Assembly: GCA_963731735.1 (NCBI GenBank) | Contig: CAVSWO010000001.1 | Span: 64,761-128,760, forward strand | Source: Candidatus Kerfeldbacteria bacterium | Lineage (GTDB): Bacteria; Patescibacteriota; Patescibacteriia; SBBC01; CAIJZX01 | Reading direction: 5' to 3' | DNA length: 64,000 bases | Part shown: one piece after another, positions 1 through 10,632 of the stretch | Layout: each line of letters opens with the position of its first letter | Numbering within the stretch: the stretch's first letter is position 1 | Translations under genes and position numbers: made by a program | Notes under the pieces: generated by a model | What the model saw: the letters and a program-made list of their open reading frames with translations, nothing else | What the model was told of the DNA's origin: nothing | Databases searched by the model: none

Positions 1-1
1 C

Positions 2-853
2 TTTGATCCGAAGAATAGTCAGCGAATATTTCTCGGTACACGCGGTAATGGCGTTTGGAAGACTGACAATCGGGGAGAACAATGGAAACCAACATCATTG
101 CGAACGGGCAATTACCGCTGCGTGACTTTTGATCCGGACAATGGTGATATCGTCTATACCGCCTCGGGCACGACCGTTCTGAAGAGCCAAGACAGCGGCG
201 ACACCTGGCAAACCGTGTACAACGAATCGCAGCCCGGCCATATTGTCACCTGTGTGTTAGCTGATCCGGTTCTGGGCAATTACGTCTGGGCCGTGACTAG
301 CGGGGGTAAAGTATTATTGAGCGAAGATTTTGGGCAGACCTGGACGCTTAAGCAGACGCTCCCAGCCTTTGAGGCTCGACGCTTATATGTCCCGCCAGAC
401 GCGCCGAGTGAATTGTATGTCTTTACTCAAAAACATGGAATTTTTCATCTGACAGGTTATGGTGCGACGCAGGAAGATTTAACCCCGGCCTTGCAGCAAT
501 TTCCTGGGGCAACCGATATCCGAGCGGTTACTATTCCTGACGGGCCGACCGGCGCCTGGTATCTCGGTACCCAATATGGTTTATTGGTTAGCTCAGATCG
601 AGGCCAGAACTGGAACGCTATCCCGACCCTCGTCACGCCCGGGAGTATCGCGATCGCGAATGTGGCCGTAAATACTTCGGATCCATCGGAGATTTTTCTG
701 ACGGTTGGTCAAAAGCTCCACCACACGTTAGACGGCGGCCAAAGTTGGGAAGTCACCAATCTCCCCACCACGCAGATTATCACGTTGTTGACGATTGACC
801 CCGAAGACATAACCCGTTTATATTATTCAACATTAATTCCAGAAAAATCATGA
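2..853 (+). CDS. BNR/Asp-box beta-propeller (YCF48/VPS10-like) protein, 5' end outside window
   Basis: Frame is open from position 2 (FDPKNSQRIFLGT...). Repeated S-x-D-x-G-x-T-W Asp-box motifs (SQDSGDTW, SEDFGQTW, SSDRGQNW, TLDGGQSW). Confidence 0.75.
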   Translation, partial: FDPKNSQRIFLGTRGNGVWKTDNRGEQWKPTSLRTGNYRCVTFDPDNGDIVYTASGTTVLKSQDSGDTWQTVYNESQPGHIVTCVLADPVLGNYVWAVTSGGKVLLSEDFGQTWTLKQTLPAFEARRLYVPPDAPSELYVFTQKHGIFHLTGYGATQEDLTPALQQFPGATDIRAVTIPDGPTGAWYLGTQYGLLVSSDRGQNWNAIPTLVTPGSIAIANVAVNTSDPSEIFLTVGQKLHHTLDGGQSWEVTNLPTTQIITLLTIDPEDITRLYYSTLIPEKS

Positions 854-1398
854 GCCACGCACCATTCGCCGAACAGCTTGCGCAGTCACAAACCTGGTTG
901 GAACGTGAATTGAATGGACTCCGGACCGGCCGGGCGACGCCGACTTTAGTGGAAAATATTTCGGTGGCCTGTTACGGCAGTTCTACGCCACTCCAGCAAT
1001 TGGCTTCAATTCAGGCACCTGAACCACAAATGCTGGTGATTCAACCTTGGGATCCCGGTCTGATCAAAGATATTGAAAAAGCCATTAGTCAATCAAGTTT
1101 AGGCATCAACCCGATTGTGGACGGGAAAAGTATTCGGTTGCCGTTTCCCCCGATGACTCAAGAACTTCGGGATGCGCTCAGTAAAGTTGTCAAAGAAAAA
1201 TCTGAGCAAGCAAAAGTCAATGTTCGAACCGCGCGTGAGGAGGCGTTAAAAGTCATCAAGCATCAGGAACGGGATGGAGAACTTTCTGAAGATGCGGCCG
1301 AAGCCGAACGAAAATCCATACAGCAGACGATTGACGAGGCGATTGCCACAATTGAACAGACCGCCGAAAAAAAGACCACTGAACTCCAAACGCTCTAA
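850..1398 (+). CDS. frr: ribosome recycling factor
   Basis: LRTGRATP, IQPWD, LGINP and RLPFPPMT motifs; 182 aa. Confidence 0.95.
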   Translation: MSHAPFAEQLAQSQTWLERELNGLRTGRATPTLVENISVACYGSSTPLQQLASIQAPEPQMLVIQPWDPGLIKDIEKAISQSSLGINPIVDGKSIRLPFPPMTQELRDALSKVVKEKSEQAKVNVRTAREEALKVIKHQERDGELSEDAAEAERKSIQQTIDEAIATIEQTAEKKTTELQTL

Positions 1399-2495
1399 TG
1401 ACGATCCTGATTTTTATTCTTATCTTAAGTCTGCTGGTTTTTGTGCATGAGCTGGGTCATTTTTGGTCGGCTCGCCGGAGCGGCGTCGGGGTGTTGGAAT
1501 TTGGTTTTGGTTTTCCGCCAAAAATTTGGGGGATTAAGCGTGGCCCGACGGAATATACGATCAATCTTATCCCGTTTGGCGGATTTGTTCGGTTAGAAGG
1601 TGAAGTTGACAACGGCTCACAGAGTCCGACCAGTTTTGCTCGAGCGCCAATGCATCGCAAGTTTCTCATATTGGCGGCTGGGGTAATCATGAACTACCTC
1701 TTGGCTTGGGCGCTGCTGACCCTGGTCTATACCGCCGGTGTGACCGTTCAACCCGTCGACCAACCGGTCAATCGTTGGCAGCAGTATAGCCAACAACATA
1801 CCGAAGCCTACATTTCGGATACCGGCGCCGCTCATGCGGCCGGGCTGAACAACGGTGACACAATCGTATCGATTAACGACCAGTCATTTTCCGAGACCGA
1901 TCAGCTGATTGCCTATACGCAAGCCAACAACTATCCGCCCTTAACAATCATTGCGCGCCGGGGCCAGCGAGAATTTTCCCTGCAGGTTACTCCGCAGCGG
2001 TCTGACCAACAAACTCCCGTCTATGGTTTGGGGTTGAGTCAGATTGCGGTCCTGCAGTACCCATGGTATATCGCGCCCTGGTACGGCTTGACGACCACCG
2101 TATCCTTTACTGGCCAAACGTTCGCCGGCTTCGGCAGACTGATTCACGATTTGGTAATTTCCGGTAAAGTCAGCCCGGATCTGGCCGGTCCGGTTGGCAT
2201 TGCTATTTTGACTGGTGAATTTACCCGCCTCGGCTTTATCCCGGTTTTACAGTTTATGGCGGTCCTGTCGATCAGTTTAGCGGTTATAAACTTTATGCCG
2301 TTGCCAGCCCTAGATGGCGGTCGGGCCGTATTCGTGATGATTGAAAAAATTCGCGGCCGCCAAATTAACCCCAGAGTCGAAGGCGCGATTCACGCGGTCG
2401 GCTTCTATTTATTGCTGGCCTTAGTGGTCTTGATCAGCATTCGAGACGTTCATCGATTTGACGTAGTTGACCGGTTATCAAAGTTATTTCACTAG
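1398..2495 (+). CDS. rseP: RIP metalloprotease RseP (M50, PDZ domain)
   Basis: HELGH zinc motif, FGFGF, IPFGGFV, NFMPLPALDGG. Confidence 0.93.
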   Translation: MTILIFILILSLLVFVHELGHFWSARRSGVGVLEFGFGFPPKIWGIKRGPTEYTINLIPFGGFVRLEGEVDNGSQSPTSFARAPMHRKFLILAAGVIMNYLLAWALLTLVYTAGVTVQPVDQPVNRWQQYSQQHTEAYISDTGAAHAAGLNNGDTIVSINDQSFSETDQLIAYTQANNYPPLTIIARRGQREFSLQVTPQRSDQQTPVYGLGLSQIAVLQYPWYIAPWYGLTTTVSFTGQTFAGFGRLIHDLVISGKVSPDLAGPVGIAILTGEFTRLGFIPVLQFMAVLSISLAVINFMPLPALDGGRAVFVMIEKIRGRQINPRVEGAIHAVGFYLLLALVVLISIRDVHRFDVVDRLSKLFH

Positions 2496-2498
2496 ACT

Positions 2499-3554
2499 AT
2501 GCTGAATCGCTTACTCGGACGATTTTCCCATGACCTCGGGATCGATCTCGGCACGACCAATACGTTGGTGTATGTTCGTGATCGCGGAATTGTGATGAAT
2601 GAACCGTCGGTGGTCGCGGTCAATAATCGGACCAATCAAGTCTTAGCCGTCGGTGAAGCGGCCCGTCGGATGGTCGGGAAGACACCGGCCCATATTGTAG
2701 CCACCAAACCCTTGGTAGACGGGGTCATTTCTGATTTTGAGGTAACTGAAAAAATGCTGAAATATTTTTTTGATCGAGTTCACCAAGGAACCGTTGGTTG
2801 GTTACCGCGTCCGCGGGTGGTGATTGGAATTCCGCTCGGCGTGACAGAAGTCGAGCGTAAAGCGGTCGAAGACGCGGCCCTGCATGCCGGTGCTCGGGAA
2901 GTCTACCTGATTGAAGAGCCGATGGCCTCAGCAATTGGATCGCGTTTGCCGATTAATGATGCTTCGGGAAACATGGTGGTTGATATCGGCGGCGGTACGG
3001 CCGAGATTGCGGTAATTTCCTTGGGCGGCGTGGTAGCCTGGCGATCACTTCGGTTAGGCGGTAATCGATTGGATCAAGATATTATCCAGTATGCCCGCGA
3101 TCATTTTAATTTACTGTTGGGCGAACGAACTGCTGAAGAGCTCAAGATAAAAATTGGTAACGTCTGGGATACCGGCGAAGTGGTTGAAGCTAAGATGCGT
3201 GGTCGAGATTTGATTACCGGTTTACCGAAAGAAGTTAGCATTACCAGTACCCAAATTCGCGAGGCGCTGCAACGTTCAATTCGAACCATGGTAGAAAATA
3301 TTAAATCCACCATTGAGGGAACACCGCCTGAACTGGTCGCCGACATTTTTGAACGCGGGATATTGCTGTCCGGCGGGGGAGCCTTGCTGCGCGGCCTCGA
3401 TCAAGCTATTCGAGCCGAAACCCAAATTCCGGTCAATGTGACTGATGATCCGCTAACCGCGGTCGTGCGCGGGACCGGCATTGTGCTTGAAGATTTGGAT
3501 TACCTGCGAAACGTCCTGGTGCTTTCAAGCGAAGATCAAGCAACCAGCCTCTAA
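2499..3554 (+). CDS. mreB: rod shape-determining protein MreB
   Basis: GIDLGTTNT, EPSVVA, EEPMASAIG, VDIGGGT, GGGALL. Confidence 0.97.
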   Translation: MLNRLLGRFSHDLGIDLGTTNTLVYVRDRGIVMNEPSVVAVNNRTNQVLAVGEAARRMVGKTPAHIVATKPLVDGVISDFEVTEKMLKYFFDRVHQGTVGWLPRPRVVIGIPLGVTEVERKAVEDAALHAGAREVYLIEEPMASAIGSRLPINDASGNMVVDIGGGTAEIAVISLGGVVAWRSLRLGGNRLDQDIIQYARDHFNLLLGERTAEELKIKIGNVWDTGEVVEAKMRGRDLITGLPKEVSITSTQIREALQRSIRTMVENIKSTIEGTPPELVADIFERGILLSGGGALLRGLDQAIRAETQIPVNVTDDPLTAVVRGTGIVLEDLDYLRNVLVLSSEDQATSL

Positions 3555-3557
3555 CCC

Positions 3558-4355
3558 ATGCGCGCGGTACGACGGCAAACGGGATTTCCCCTTCGCGCAG
3601 CAGGGTTTATAGCCGTGGCCGTGGCGATGGTGATCGGCGTTTGGTATTACGGATTCGGAGCGGTCATCGGAAGCGTGGCGCAGCCGCTTTCGCGAGCTGG
3701 CAGCTGGATCGCGACTACCTTTCGTCCCGCCTCAAGTACTCGCGCCTTAACTGCTGAACGCGACGATTTACGCGCCCAGCTATTAGCGGTTACCACCCAA
3801 TTAACCGAAGCTCAGCGAAAACTTGAAACGGTCAGTACGCTCGAGCAGCTTGAGGACTTCTTACAGCAACAGCCATATACCTCGACGGTAGCCAGCGTGA
3901 TCGCCTATAGCCCTGATCCGGGGGTCCAGAGCGTCGTGATTCAACGCGGTCGAGCCCATGGGTTAGCGCCCGGGCAAGCGGTCGTGACGGAACACGGTGT
4001 GGTGATCGGCACGCTGTCTCGGGTTGATGCGCAAACGTCGATTGTCCGATTGGTTACCGACAGCCAATCCCAATTGCTGGCCAAAGTCCAAAATGATGCG
4101 CAAAGCCGGGGAATCGTGAGCGGGGAGCGAGGTCTATCGCTGGCTATGAAATTCCTGCCGCGGAATGATCAGGTTACCAAGGGTCAAACAGTGGTCACCT
4201 CCGGGCTAGACCCAAACATCCCGCCTGATTTGCTGATCGGGACAGTTGAAGACACGGCCGCTCAAGCCGGTGAACTGTTTCAAACAGCCGTCATTAAAAG
4301 TCCGGTAGAATTTCAGCGACTGCGAGCGGTTGCGGTAATTCAATCGCCGCTATGA
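3558..4355 (+). CDS. mreC: rod shape-determining protein MreC
   Basis: N-terminal TM plus coiled coil, VVTSGLD...PPDLLIG motif; follows mreB. Confidence 0.9.
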   Translation: MRAVRRQTGFPLRAAGFIAVAVAMVIGVWYYGFGAVIGSVAQPLSRAGSWIATTFRPASSTRALTAERDDLRAQLLAVTTQLTEAQRKLETVSTLEQLEDFLQQQPYTSTVASVIAYSPDPGVQSVVIQRGRAHGLAPGQAVVTEHGVVIGTLSRVDAQTSIVRLVTDSQSQLLAKVQNDAQSRGIVSGERGLSLAMKFLPRNDQVTKGQTVVTSGLDPNIPPDLLIGTVEDTAAQAGELFQTAVIKSPVEFQRLRAVAVIQSPL

Positions 4356-4894
4356 ACCGATCACTCTGGCAGCTGATTGGTTTAGGCGGATTGATGCTGG
4401 TGCTGGCTTTGTTCGATATTACCGTTATTCAACCGATTGGCTGGCTGGGCTCCGGCCTGGGACTGACTGTCTTTAGTGTGGCCGTGATCACCGCCCGGTT
4501 GGGAGCGTGGCCGGGAGTGATAGCCGGGAGCGTGGCCGGTCTGACGTGGCAAACTTTTTCGGGTTTGCCGAGCGCCGTCCACCCAATCGCTTTTTTACTG
4601 AGCGTCGGCATGATAGTAGTCCTTAGCCGTCGGGTCTTAGCCACCCGGTCATTGCTGAGTTTCGTCGGCCTAGTCGCGGTCGGGACCGTTTCCTATCAAC
4701 TGAGCGTTTGGGGCATTACGACCTTCGCCCATGTCATCCAGCCCACCGCGCTCGAACCACGCTGGCCCGTCTGGTGGACGATAGCCGGGGTCCATGCTAT
4801 AACCCACCCACTATTAGCCGGTTTTCTGTGGCGACTGAGCGGGCGAACCCGTGATTACGCCACCGCCGGTTTGACGGTTGATCAATCATTCTAA
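4352..4894 (+). CDS. mreD: MreD-like membrane protein
   Basis: Polytopic hydrophobic 180 aa ORF between mreC and pbp2. Confidence 0.65.
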   Translation: MNRSLWQLIGLGGLMLVLALFDITVIQPIGWLGSGLGLTVFSVAVITARLGAWPGVIAGSVAGLTWQTFSGLPSAVHPIAFLLSVGMIVVLSRRVLATRSLLSFVGLVAVGTVSYQLSVWGITTFAHVIQPTALEPRWPVWWTIAGVHAITHPLLAGFLWRLSGRTRDYATAGLTVDQSF

Positions 4895-4895
4895 A

Positions 4896-6806
4896 ATGAA
4901 CGCGGCTTTCGATCTCTTCGGTAATCCAAAAACGCAAACCACCAATCTGGACCAACAACCGGATCTGCTTGACAGTGATCCGCGGTCCTCAATCAGGACT
5001 GAACAGAGTTTATCGACCGTCACCCAAAAACCTTGGTGGCGCTGGGTGTTTATCGGTATGACAGCGGTGGTGGTGCTGGTGGTAGGACGCTTAGTCCAGT
5101 TACAAACGGTTGAAGGCGCCACCTTGCGGGGTCGAGCGGAATACAACCGGTTGCGGATCCAATATTTAGCCGCGCCGCGGGGTTCAATCCTTGACCGGAA
5201 CGGGCAAACCCTGGCCACGAATGTGCCGAATTTCGCTTTGACCGTTGTGCCGAGCGATGTTCCGAGTACTGACGAGGCGTATCAAGCCTGGTTGAAAAAA
5301 CTTCAGCAGTTGATGCAATGGGACGACGCCAAACTGGCTGATGTCAAATCCAAAATCAAGGCCGGCGGAACGGATCCGGTGGTCATGCATGATCATTTAG
5401 GTTATGACCAAGCCTTGCCGTTGATGGTCCAAACAGCTGAACTACCCGGGGTGGCCATTCAATCGCTGCCGACGCGCCAATACCCGTTGGGACCGGCGGC
5501 CTCATCGGTGCTGGGCTATACGGGGATTGTCAATCAAACTGATCTCGACAGCCGTCAAAATTTGCACCCGCAGGATCGGGTCGGAAAAGCCGGATTAGAA
5601 CTGACCTACGACACCACCTTGTTTGGGACGCCGGGACGTCGGGAAATAGAGCGCGATGTCCGGAATCAGCGGATGGAAGTCCTGCACGAGCAAAATCCAA
5701 AACCCGGCCAATCATTACAACTCAGTATTGACGCCGGTTTACAGCAAGTTATGTACGATTCCTTGGCTCAAGCCGTCAAACAAGCCCACGGAACCGGTGG
5801 CGCCGCGGTGGCCATTAATCCGCAAACTGGCGCGGTTCTCGGGATGACCAGTTACCCCAGCTACGATGACAACTGGTTTGTGAATGGATCGTCAAACGAT
5901 CAGATCAGCCAGGTATTGCAAGATCCAGCCAACCCGCTCCTGGACCGGGCGATTGCCGGTGAATATCCGTCGGGTTCGATTATCAAGCCGTTGATTGCAT
6001 CCGCCGCCTTAGCCGAGAAGATAGTGACGCCGAATACCACCGTGCTGAGTACCGGCGGTATCACCATCGGTCATGACACGTTCCCGGACTGGAAAGCTGG
6101 GGGTCATGGAATCACGAATCTTTCCAAAGCGATTGCCGATTCCGTCAATACGTATTTTTATACCGTCGGTGGGGGATACAAAGATCAGCCGGGACTCGGG
6201 GTAGACCGGATTGTCAGCTATTTAGAAAAATTTAACTGGGGTTCACCACTGCAAATTGATCTGCCTGGCGAACGCGGCGGATTTTTACCCACCAAGCAAT
6301 GGCGAGAACAACAACGTCCTTCGCCCTGGCGACTGGGTGATACCTATCACTTGTCAATCGGACAAGGCGATTTATCCATTACCCCTCTTCAAGCGGTGAT
6401 GGGCATTGCGACGGTGGCGAACGGTGGAACCGTCTATCAGCCGCATGTGGTTCAGGCCGTCCTGAATCCAGATGGATCGGTAGCTAAAACGATTGCACCA
6501 AACGTCTTAGAAAAGGTAAATATTTCCCAGCAGGATTTCGCGGCTGTTCGAGCCGGATTGCGTCAGGGAGTAACGGACGGCAGTTCACGCGCATTACAGT
6601 CCTTACCGGTTACCTCCGGCGCAAAAACGGGAACCGCCCAATTTGGCAATCAAGGTAAAACCCATGCCTGGCACGTTGCTTTTGCGCCTTTTGATGACCC
6701 CCAAATCGCGATCGCCGTCATCATTGAAGCCGGCGGTGAAGGCAATGTGACAGCCTTACCGGTAACCAAAGCCGCTTTGAATTGGTATTTCAAGCCTACC
6801 CCCTAG
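4896..6806 (+). CDS. mrdA: penicillin-binding protein 2
   Basis: APRGSILDRNG, SxxK (GSIIKP), SxN (SVN) and KTG motifs. ATG at 4896 preferred over TTG at 4878. Confidence 0.92.
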   Translation: MNAAFDLFGNPKTQTTNLDQQPDLLDSDPRSSIRTEQSLSTVTQKPWWRWVFIGMTAVVVLVVGRLVQLQTVEGATLRGRAEYNRLRIQYLAAPRGSILDRNGQTLATNVPNFALTVVPSDVPSTDEAYQAWLKKLQQLMQWDDAKLADVKSKIKAGGTDPVVMHDHLGYDQALPLMVQTAELPGVAIQSLPTRQYPLGPAASSVLGYTGIVNQTDLDSRQNLHPQDRVGKAGLELTYDTTLFGTPGRREIERDVRNQRMEVLHEQNPKPGQSLQLSIDAGLQQVMYDSLAQAVKQAHGTGGAAVAINPQTGAVLGMTSYPSYDDNWFVNGSSNDQISQVLQDPANPLLDRAIAGEYPSGSIIKPLIASAALAEKIVTPNTTVLSTGGITIGHDTFPDWKAGGHGITNLSKAIADSVNTYFYTVGGGYKDQPGLGVDRIVSYLEKFNWGSPLQIDLPGERGGFLPTKQWREQQRPSPWRLGDTYHLSIGQGDLSITPLQAVMGIATVANGGTVYQPHVVQAVLNPDGSVAKTIAPNVLEKVNISQQDFAAVRAGLRQGVTDGSSRALQSLPVTSGAKTGTAQFGNQGKTHAWHVAFAPFDDPQIAIAVIIEAGGEGNVTALPVTKAALNWYFKPTP

Positions 6807-6807
6807 G

Positions 6808-6849
6808 TGTGGATAACTGATTGACAGGGGAGAGGAGGCAGCGTAGTAT
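6808..6849 (+). promoter_or_regulatory. sigma70 promoter of greA with an upstream DnaA-box-like 9-mer
   Basis: TTGACA (6821-6826), 17 nt spacer, TAGTAT (6844-6849). TGTGGATAA at 6808-6816. Confidence 0.6.
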
Positions 6850-6888
6850 ATGCCCGTTGCCGTACGGCTGCCTGATTTGACTATCTCT

Positions 6889-7356
6889 ATGAACGACAAA
6901 GTAACCTATCTCACCAAAGATGGACTCGACAAACTCAAGGTCGAGTTAGATGAACTTGTGCGAGTTCGCCGCAAAGAAATTGCCGCCCGTATCCAAGAAG
7001 CCAAGGAATTAGGCGATTTGTCGGAAAATGCTGAGTACCAAGAAGCCAAAAATGAACAGGCTTTTAACGAGGGCCGGATTGAGGAATTAGAAAATACCAT
7101 CAATCACGCCGAATTGATTCCGGAAAATACCAAAGGATCCCGGACAGCCCGGGTCGGCTCAACCGTCAAAGCGACCCAAAACGGCCAACCAATCACATTT
7201 TCTATCGTCGGTTCGAATGAAGCCGATCCGTTGACCGGAAAAATTTCAAACGAATCTCCGCTTGGCCAAGCCCTGCTCGGGAAAGCGGTCGGTGAACAGG
7301 TTCGGGTGAACACGCCAAAAGGCGAAGCCACCTACCAGATAACCGAACTTTCCTAA
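6889..7356 (+). CDS. greA: transcription elongation factor GreA
   Basis: GDLSENAEY, ISNESPLG. ATG 6889 lies downstream of the promoter. Confidence 0.96.
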   Translation: MNDKVTYLTKDGLDKLKVELDELVRVRRKEIAARIQEAKELGDLSENAEYQEAKNEQAFNEGRIEELENTINHAELIPENTKGSRTARVGSTVKATQNGQPITFSIVGSNEADPLTGKISNESPLGQALLGKAVGEQVRVNTPKGEATYQITELS

Positions 7357-7404
7357 AGCCCGGTTGAGTTGTTCGGATGGCTGTTTTTGGCTATACTAAC
7401 AGCC

Positions 7405-8862
7405 ATGCCAAAGTCTGATCAAGAACAGATTCGCGCCCAACGGCGCCAGGATTTACTGGCAGCCCAGGTTGAACTTTATCCGGCCCGAACGCAGCGGTCC
7501 ACCCAAATTGAGCCCTTACGTACAGCATGGCAAGACGGTCAGACGCAAACCATCGCCGGCCGAGTCCGGGCCATCCGAATTCAAGGCGGTTCGGCCTTTA
7601 TCCGTCTCGAGGACGAAACGGGTCAGTTGCAAGTTTTTTTTCAAAAGAAAGAGTTAGCCGACTTTGCTCAGCTGGTCGAGAACCTCGACTTGGGTGATTT
7701 TCTCGAAGTCACTGGCAAAACTTTTATTACCAAACGGGGTGAACAAACGATCGACGCCACCCGTGTCCGGTGGTTAGCCAAGGCACTGCGGCCTCTGCCA
7801 TCAGCATGGCACGGCCTGGCTGATATCGAAACTCGCTACCGGTATCGCGAACTCGATTTACTTTCCAATCAAGCGGTTCGTAACATCTTTACGATTCGCG
7901 GAACCATCTTAACGACCATTCGTAATTTTTTAGTGAGCCGCGGGTTCCTTGAAGTCGAAACGCCGATATTGCATCCGATCGCCGGTGGCGCTACCGCCCA
8001 ACCTTTTGTGACGCATCACCAGGCACTGGATATTGATTTGTATCTGCGGGTCGCTCCGGAATTATATTTGAAGCGGCTCATTGTTGGGGGATTAGGCCGG
8101 GTGTTTGAAATCGGCCGGAATTTTAGAAACGAAGGGATCGATCGTGATCACAACCCTGAATTTACCATGATGGAATGTTATGCGGCTTTTACCGATTACA
8201 CCTGGATGATGGAATTGACGGAAGATTTATTCCTTGAAGTGGCACAAGCGGTGAATGGCAAACCGGAAATCTTGATCGGCGATCGAGTCATAAAACTTAA
8301 AAAACCATTTCAAAGGATTTCTTATCGTCAGGCCATTCAACATATGACCAAGATTGATATTGATAGCCTGGATGATACCCAACTCCGCAATCAAGGTCGC
8401 CAGGCGGGTACTGATCTGCCCGACACCATGAGCCGTCCAAAAATGATTGATGAGATTTTTAAAACGCATGTTCGACCAAATTTTATCGAACCCGGATTTG
8501 TCGTCGATTACCCGATTGAACTCTCACCGTTGGCCAAGAAAAAAGCCGACGATCCAAAGTATACGGAACGCTTTCAATTGCTGGCGGGCGGCACGGAACT
8601 CGGGAACGCTTTTAGCGAGTTAAATGATCCGGTTGATCAACAGCAGCGTTTCGCCGATCAGGAAAAACTTCGGACCCAGGGCGATAACGAAGCTCAGCGG
8701 GTTGATGCGGCCTACATCAAATCGTTGGAATATGGATTACCGCCAACCGGCGGATTAGGCATCGGAATCGATCGATTGACCGCTTTACTGACCAACCAAA
8801 AGAACTTGAAAGACGTGCTCTTGTTTCCAACCCTTAAACCGGAAAGTGATGACCAGGGATGA
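7405..8862 (+). CDS. lysS: lysyl-tRNA synthetase (class II)
   Basis: OB-fold, APELYLKRL, FRNEGID, HNPEF, GLGIGIDRL. ATG 7405 lies 7 nt after TATACT. Confidence 0.97.
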   Translation: MPKSDQEQIRAQRRQDLLAAQVELYPARTQRSTQIEPLRTAWQDGQTQTIAGRVRAIRIQGGSAFIRLEDETGQLQVFFQKKELADFAQLVENLDLGDFLEVTGKTFITKRGEQTIDATRVRWLAKALRPLPSAWHGLADIETRYRYRELDLLSNQAVRNIFTIRGTILTTIRNFLVSRGFLEVETPILHPIAGGATAQPFVTHHQALDIDLYLRVAPELYLKRLIVGGLGRVFEIGRNFRNEGIDRDHNPEFTMMECYAAFTDYTWMMELTEDLFLEVAQAVNGKPEILIGDRVIKLKKPFQRISYRQAIQHMTKIDIDSLDDTQLRNQGRQAGTDLPDTMSRPKMIDEIFKTHVRPNFIEPGFVVDYPIELSPLAKKKADDPKYTERFQLLAGGTELGNAFSELNDPVDQQQRFADQEKLRTQGDNEAQRVDAAYIKSLEYGLPPTGGLGIGIDRLTALLTNQKNLKDVLLFPTLKPESDDQG

Positions 8863-9400
8863 AGCGGTAAAAATTTTGCATCATTACGTGCAAAATGAAA
8901 ATTTACGTCGGCACATGTACGCCACCGAGGCGGCCATGCGGATGTACGCCGATAAATATTCGGGAGATCCGGAGGAATGGGGATTGGTCGGCTTGCTCCA
9001 TGATTTTGATTGGGAAATCCATCCCAATCTGGACGACCATCCGACCAAAGGGCAAGCACTCTTGGAAGCCCAAGGTGTGCCGGAGCCAATTCGACGAGCG
9101 ATCATGGCCCATGCTCCGCATACCGGCATTCGGCCGCAGACCCAGATGGAAAAATGCATTTTTGCGGTCGACGAATTAAGCGGATTTATCGTCGCCTGTG
9201 CATTGGTAAGGCCGGAAAAAAAATTGGCGGCTGTGCAAGTTGCATCGATTAAAAAGAAATTGAAACAAAAAGCTTTTGCGGCCAATGTCAATCGGGAGGA
9301 GATTGCCCAGGGAGTTGGACTGCTTGATATTCCGGCCGACGAACATTATCAGAATGTCTTGCGCGCCATGCAATCAATTCATCAGGAGTTAGGACTATGA
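8849..9400 (+). CDS. HD/HDIG-domain metal-dependent phosphohydrolase
   Basis: RRHM...GLLHDFD...HP...AH...DELSG motif set. Confidence 0.85.
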   Translation: MTRDEAVKILHHYVQNENLRRHMYATEAAMRMYADKYSGDPEEWGLVGLLHDFDWEIHPNLDDHPTKGQALLEAQGVPEPIRRAIMAHAPHTGIRPQTQMEKCIFAVDELSGFIVACALVRPEKKLAAVQVASIKKKLKQKAFAANVNREEIAQGVGLLDIPADEHYQNVLRAMQSIHQELGL

Positions 9401-10626
9401 TCGACCAGCAGACCTTGGAAGGACTACGCCGACGGGGCCGACGTTTTACCGAACTATTAGGCCGAGCGGAACAAGCAGCCGGCTCGACCGATCAAAAGAA
9501 ACTGCGGCAAAAAATTGAACAATTTCAAGCCCAGATAAATCAAGCCAATAAAATCATCCCAAGCCTTTCGCCGGCTGACAAAAAGAAAAAGATCGCGGCT
9601 GTAAAACCCATTTCAGCCAAGATCGCGGAACTCAAAAAGCAGCTCCAGGCATCTGCGATCCTGCGTTTACCGAACCCGCCGGCGACCGATGTTCCGAATG
9701 GCGATGACGATACGGAAAATGTGGTTGAAAAAGAAGTCGGTCAAAAACCGAAAATTGCCGATCCCAAGGAGTATTTAGCGCTGACCGAAAATTTAGGCGT
9801 GATTGACGTCCAACGCGCAGCCAAGGTTTCCGGTTCCCGTTTTGGGTACGTACTCGGGGACCTAGCTGAAATGGAATTCGGCTTGGTCCAATACGCGCAA
9901 GCAGTGATTCTGAAACACGGTTTTACTATGGTGGTTCCACCGGTCATGATTAAGGAAGAAAACATGGCGGCCATGGGTTACCTGGCCGGAGGAGGGGAGA
10001 GCGAGACCTATCATTTTGCCAAGGACCATCTGTATTTGGTTGGCACGTCGGAACAATCGATTGGACCCATGCATCGTGATGAACTATTTTCCGAACCGGA
10101 TCTACCGAAACGCTATCTGGCATTTTCAACCTGTTTTCGGCGCGAAGCGGGGAGTTATGGAAAAGACACCAAGGGGATTTTACGAGTGCATCAATTTGAT
10201 AAGCTTGAAATGTTTTCCCTGACGCTTCCTGAAGATTCCGATCAGGAACATCACCGCCTGTTAAGGTTGCAGGAAGAACTGATGCAAGGCCTTGGCTTGC
10301 CGTACCGGGTAGTCAAACTTTGTACCGGAGATCTGGGCTGGCCAAGTGCTCGGACCTATGACATTGAAACTTGGATGCCGGGCCAAGGGGTCTATCGGGA
10401 AACCCATTCAACGTCAACCACCACCGATTATCAATCACGGGCCCTAAACATTCGAGTCCAACGAGCCGATGGGAGTAAACAGTACGTGCATATGTTGAAT
10501 GGCACGGCGATAGCGGTTGGCCGGATGCTGATAGCCATCGTTGAGAATTATCAACGGTCCGACGGACGGATTGATGTGCCGAAAGTCTTGCAGCGCTGGA
10601 TGCGGACTAAACGAATCGGCAAGTAA
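9397..10626 (+). CDS. serS: seryl-tRNA synthetase
   Basis: GTSE, FRREAGS, RVHQFDKLE, LNGTAIAVGR. Confidence 0.96.
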   Translation: MIDQQTLEGLRRRGRRFTELLGRAEQAAGSTDQKKLRQKIEQFQAQINQANKIIPSLSPADKKKKIAAVKPISAKIAELKKQLQASAILRLPNPPATDVPNGDDDTENVVEKEVGQKPKIADPKEYLALTENLGVIDVQRAAKVSGSRFGYVLGDLAEMEFGLVQYAQAVILKHGFTMVVPPVMIKEENMAAMGYLAGGGESETYHFAKDHLYLVGTSEQSIGPMHRDELFSEPDLPKRYLAFSTCFRREAGSYGKDTKGILRVHQFDKLEMFSLTLPEDSDQEHHRLLRLQEELMQGLGLPYRVVKLCTGDLGWPSARTYDIETWMPGQGVYRETHSTSTTTDYQSRALNIRVQRADGSKQYVHMLNGTAIAVGRMLIAIVENYQRSDGRIDVPKVLQRWMRTKRIGK

Positions 10627-10632
10627 CGACGC

